Positions 62,085-64,000 of a DNA stretch of 64,000 nt are shown here, in pieces. The notes below the pieces were generated by a model. It did no database searches, was not told where the DNA came from, and saw only the letters and a list, made by a program, of their open reading frames with translations. Position 1 is the first letter of the stretch. Each line of letters opens with the position of its first letter. Source of the stretch: Octopus bimaculoides (taxonomy: Eukaryota); contig NC_068985.1 of NCBI RefSeq assembly GCF_001194135.2, positions 801,046 to 865,045 of the forward strand. The letters are read 5' to 3'. The translations under genes were made by a program, and so were the position numbers.

Positions 62085-62232
62085 AACATTAGTATTGGGT
62101 ACTGAAACAGCAGCTCAACTACTCAAACGTGGATGTGATATATCTTGACTTTGCCAAGGCCTTTGACGAAGTTGATCATGGGATGATGTGTCACAAACTA
62201 AGCAAACTTGGCATCACTGGAAAACTGGGATG
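62085..62232 (+). pseudogene. CR1/Jockey-group RT fragment
   Basis: NVDVIYLDFAKAFDEVDHGMMCHKLSKLGITGKLG (YLDFxKAFDxVxH motif). Confidence 0.85.
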
Positions 62233-62252
62233 CACAGTTTTAATATTATTGA

Positions 62253-62395
62253 CTGTTATGAACATTTAAACTAGTCAACATCGTAATTTTTAAACATGTT
62301 TTACTAACACATAATTCTAAATTTGTCTGTTATGAACATTTAAACTTGTCAACATTGAACCTTTTAAAGATGTTTTTCTAATTCATAATTCTAAA
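62253..62395. repeat. Two-copy 74-bp tandem duplication
   Basis: CTGTTATGAACATTTAAACT(A/T)GTCAACAT..CATAATTCTAAAT at 62253 and 62327. Confidence 0.85.
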
Positions 62396-62547
62396 TCTTT
62401 ACCATTGATAAACAAAAAATATTGATGAAATTAGTTTTGTATTTATATAAATAGATTTTTATTTTAAACTATTACAAGTTTTTCAAATTTAGGTGCATTT
62501 TCCACAAAAAATTTGCCTATATATATATATATATATATAACCAGACT

Positions 62548-64000
62548 TGAAACACGCTTGGAAGGATTGCAAGAACAGTGGTAGCAGGGAGTTGTATTTG
62601 TATCAGACTGCCAGAAGGGAAGCTAGGAAACAGGTTTATTTAGTCAGAGAGGAAGCAGATAAGAAAAAATTTCCCAATGTTCTGTGCCACGAGGACCAAA
62701 GACTTGAGGTCTTTCGTGTTGCTTTAGATACAAATAATTACAGAGGTATCAAGTTGTTAGATCAGGTAATGAAGGTCACGGAGAGGGTCATAGCCCAACT
62801 AGTTAGGGAGAGAGTCTGTCTAGATGAGATGCAGTTGGGTTTGTGCCAGGGAAAAGCACCACTGATGCCATATTTCTGGTAAGACAGCTGCAGGAGAAAT
62901 ACCTAGCCAAAGATAAACCTCTGCACCTGGCTTTCGTTGACATGGAGAAAGCCTTTGACAAGGTCCCCCGATCCCTTATCTGGTGGTCAATGAGGAAACT
63001 AGGGTTAGAAGAATGGTTAGAGAGTTGTGCAAACCATGTACAGGAACACTGTCAGTAAGGTGAGGGCTGGCAACAAGTACAGTAAAGAATTCTTGGTAGA
63101 GGTAGGGGTCCACCAAGGTTCAGTCCTCAGCCCCTTCTTATCTATCATAGTCCTCTAGGCAATAACAGAGGAATTCAAGACAGGCTGCCCCTGGGAGCTC
63201 CTCTATGCTGATGACCTTGCTCTAATTGCTGAGTCACTATTAGAACTAGAGGAGAAGTTTCAGGTGTGGAAGCAAGGATTAGAATCGAAGGGCCTTAGAG
63301 TCCAATCTAGCTAAAACCAAAGTCCTAATAAGTAGGAAGGCAGACAAACCACAAATCCCTTCAGGTAGATGGCCCTGCTCAATCTGTAGAAAAGGCATAG
63401 GTAGAAAGTCCATAGGATGTACACAGTGTAAGCTAAGGACAGATAAGAGGTGCAGCAATATCACAGGAAAGCTAACTGGGAAGATAGTTTTTTGTATGTG
63501 GTAGATGCTCAGGTGCAATAAACACTGAAAATGTGCAGAGAAGAACTGCCACATTCCAGGGGGAAAAACTAGAAGTAGTTGATAGCTTCCATTTCCTAGG
63601 TGACCAAGTCAGTAGCGGGGGTGGGTGCACTAAAAGTGTAGCTGCTAGAATAAGAATAGCCTGGGCAAAGTTCAGAATGCTCTTACCTTTGCTGGTGACA
63701 AAGGGACTCTTGCTCAGAGTAAAAGGCAAACTGTATGACGCATGTGTACGAACAGCCATGCTTCATGGCAGTGAAACATGGGCCGTGACTGCTGAGGACA
63801 TGCATAAGCTCAAAAGGAATGAAGCCAGTATGCTCCGATGAATGTGTAATGTCAGTGTGCATACTTGACAGAGTGTAAGTACCTTGAGAGAAAAGTTGGA
63901 CCTCAGAAGCATCAGTTGTGGTGTGCAAGAGAGACGATTGCACTGGTATGGTCATGTGGTGAGAATGGATGAGGATAGCTGTGTGAACAAGTGCCACAGC
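62548..64000 (+). pseudogene. 5'-truncated RTE-clade LINE, RT region, runs off the window end; frameshifted with premature stops
   Basis: NNYRGIKLLDQVMKVTERV, GKSTTDAIFLVRQLQEKY, AFVDMEKAFDKVPR, GVHQGSVLSP, LLYADDLALIAES, SFHFLGD, RIRIAWAKFR, MLHGSETW and RLHWYGHVVRM. Confidence 0.95.

Noticed and set aside
62548-64000. ORFs 62547-62882, 62843-63058 and 63533-63841 as host genes
   Set aside because: They are consecutive frameshifted pieces of one RTE reverse transcriptase pseudogene.

Overview
AT-rich, CpG-depleted, microsatellite-dense eukaryotic DNA with seven N gaps. It is almost certainly intronic or intergenic. The SINE and MITE families look like those I recall from Octopus (coleoid cephalopod) genomes; this is an inference, not a database result. 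I can support no intact host protein-coding gene, true tRNA/rRNA gene or CRISPR array, and nearly all ORFs in the supplied track are microsatellite read-throughs or transposon debris. Recognisable content: decayed RTE-clade LINEs (best preserved at 62548-64000, with a PHD-like finger inside the RT), CR1/L2 scraps, Tc1 and mariner transposase fragments, Tc1/mariner-, hAT- and piggyBac-type MITEs, at least four SINE-like families, a 38-bp minisatellite and many foldback (hairpin) elements. The most notable item is a TSD-flanked foldback retroelement present twice (about 8.0-8.5 kb and 23.6-24.15 kb). Each arm is built from a tRNA-like Pol III head, an (AAT)n spacer and a minimal type I hammerhead-ribozyme motif of the Penelope/retrozyme kind, although each locus keeps only one intact head. 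A second TSD-flanked, loop-less palindrome family also occurs twice (37.0 kb and 55.1 kb).
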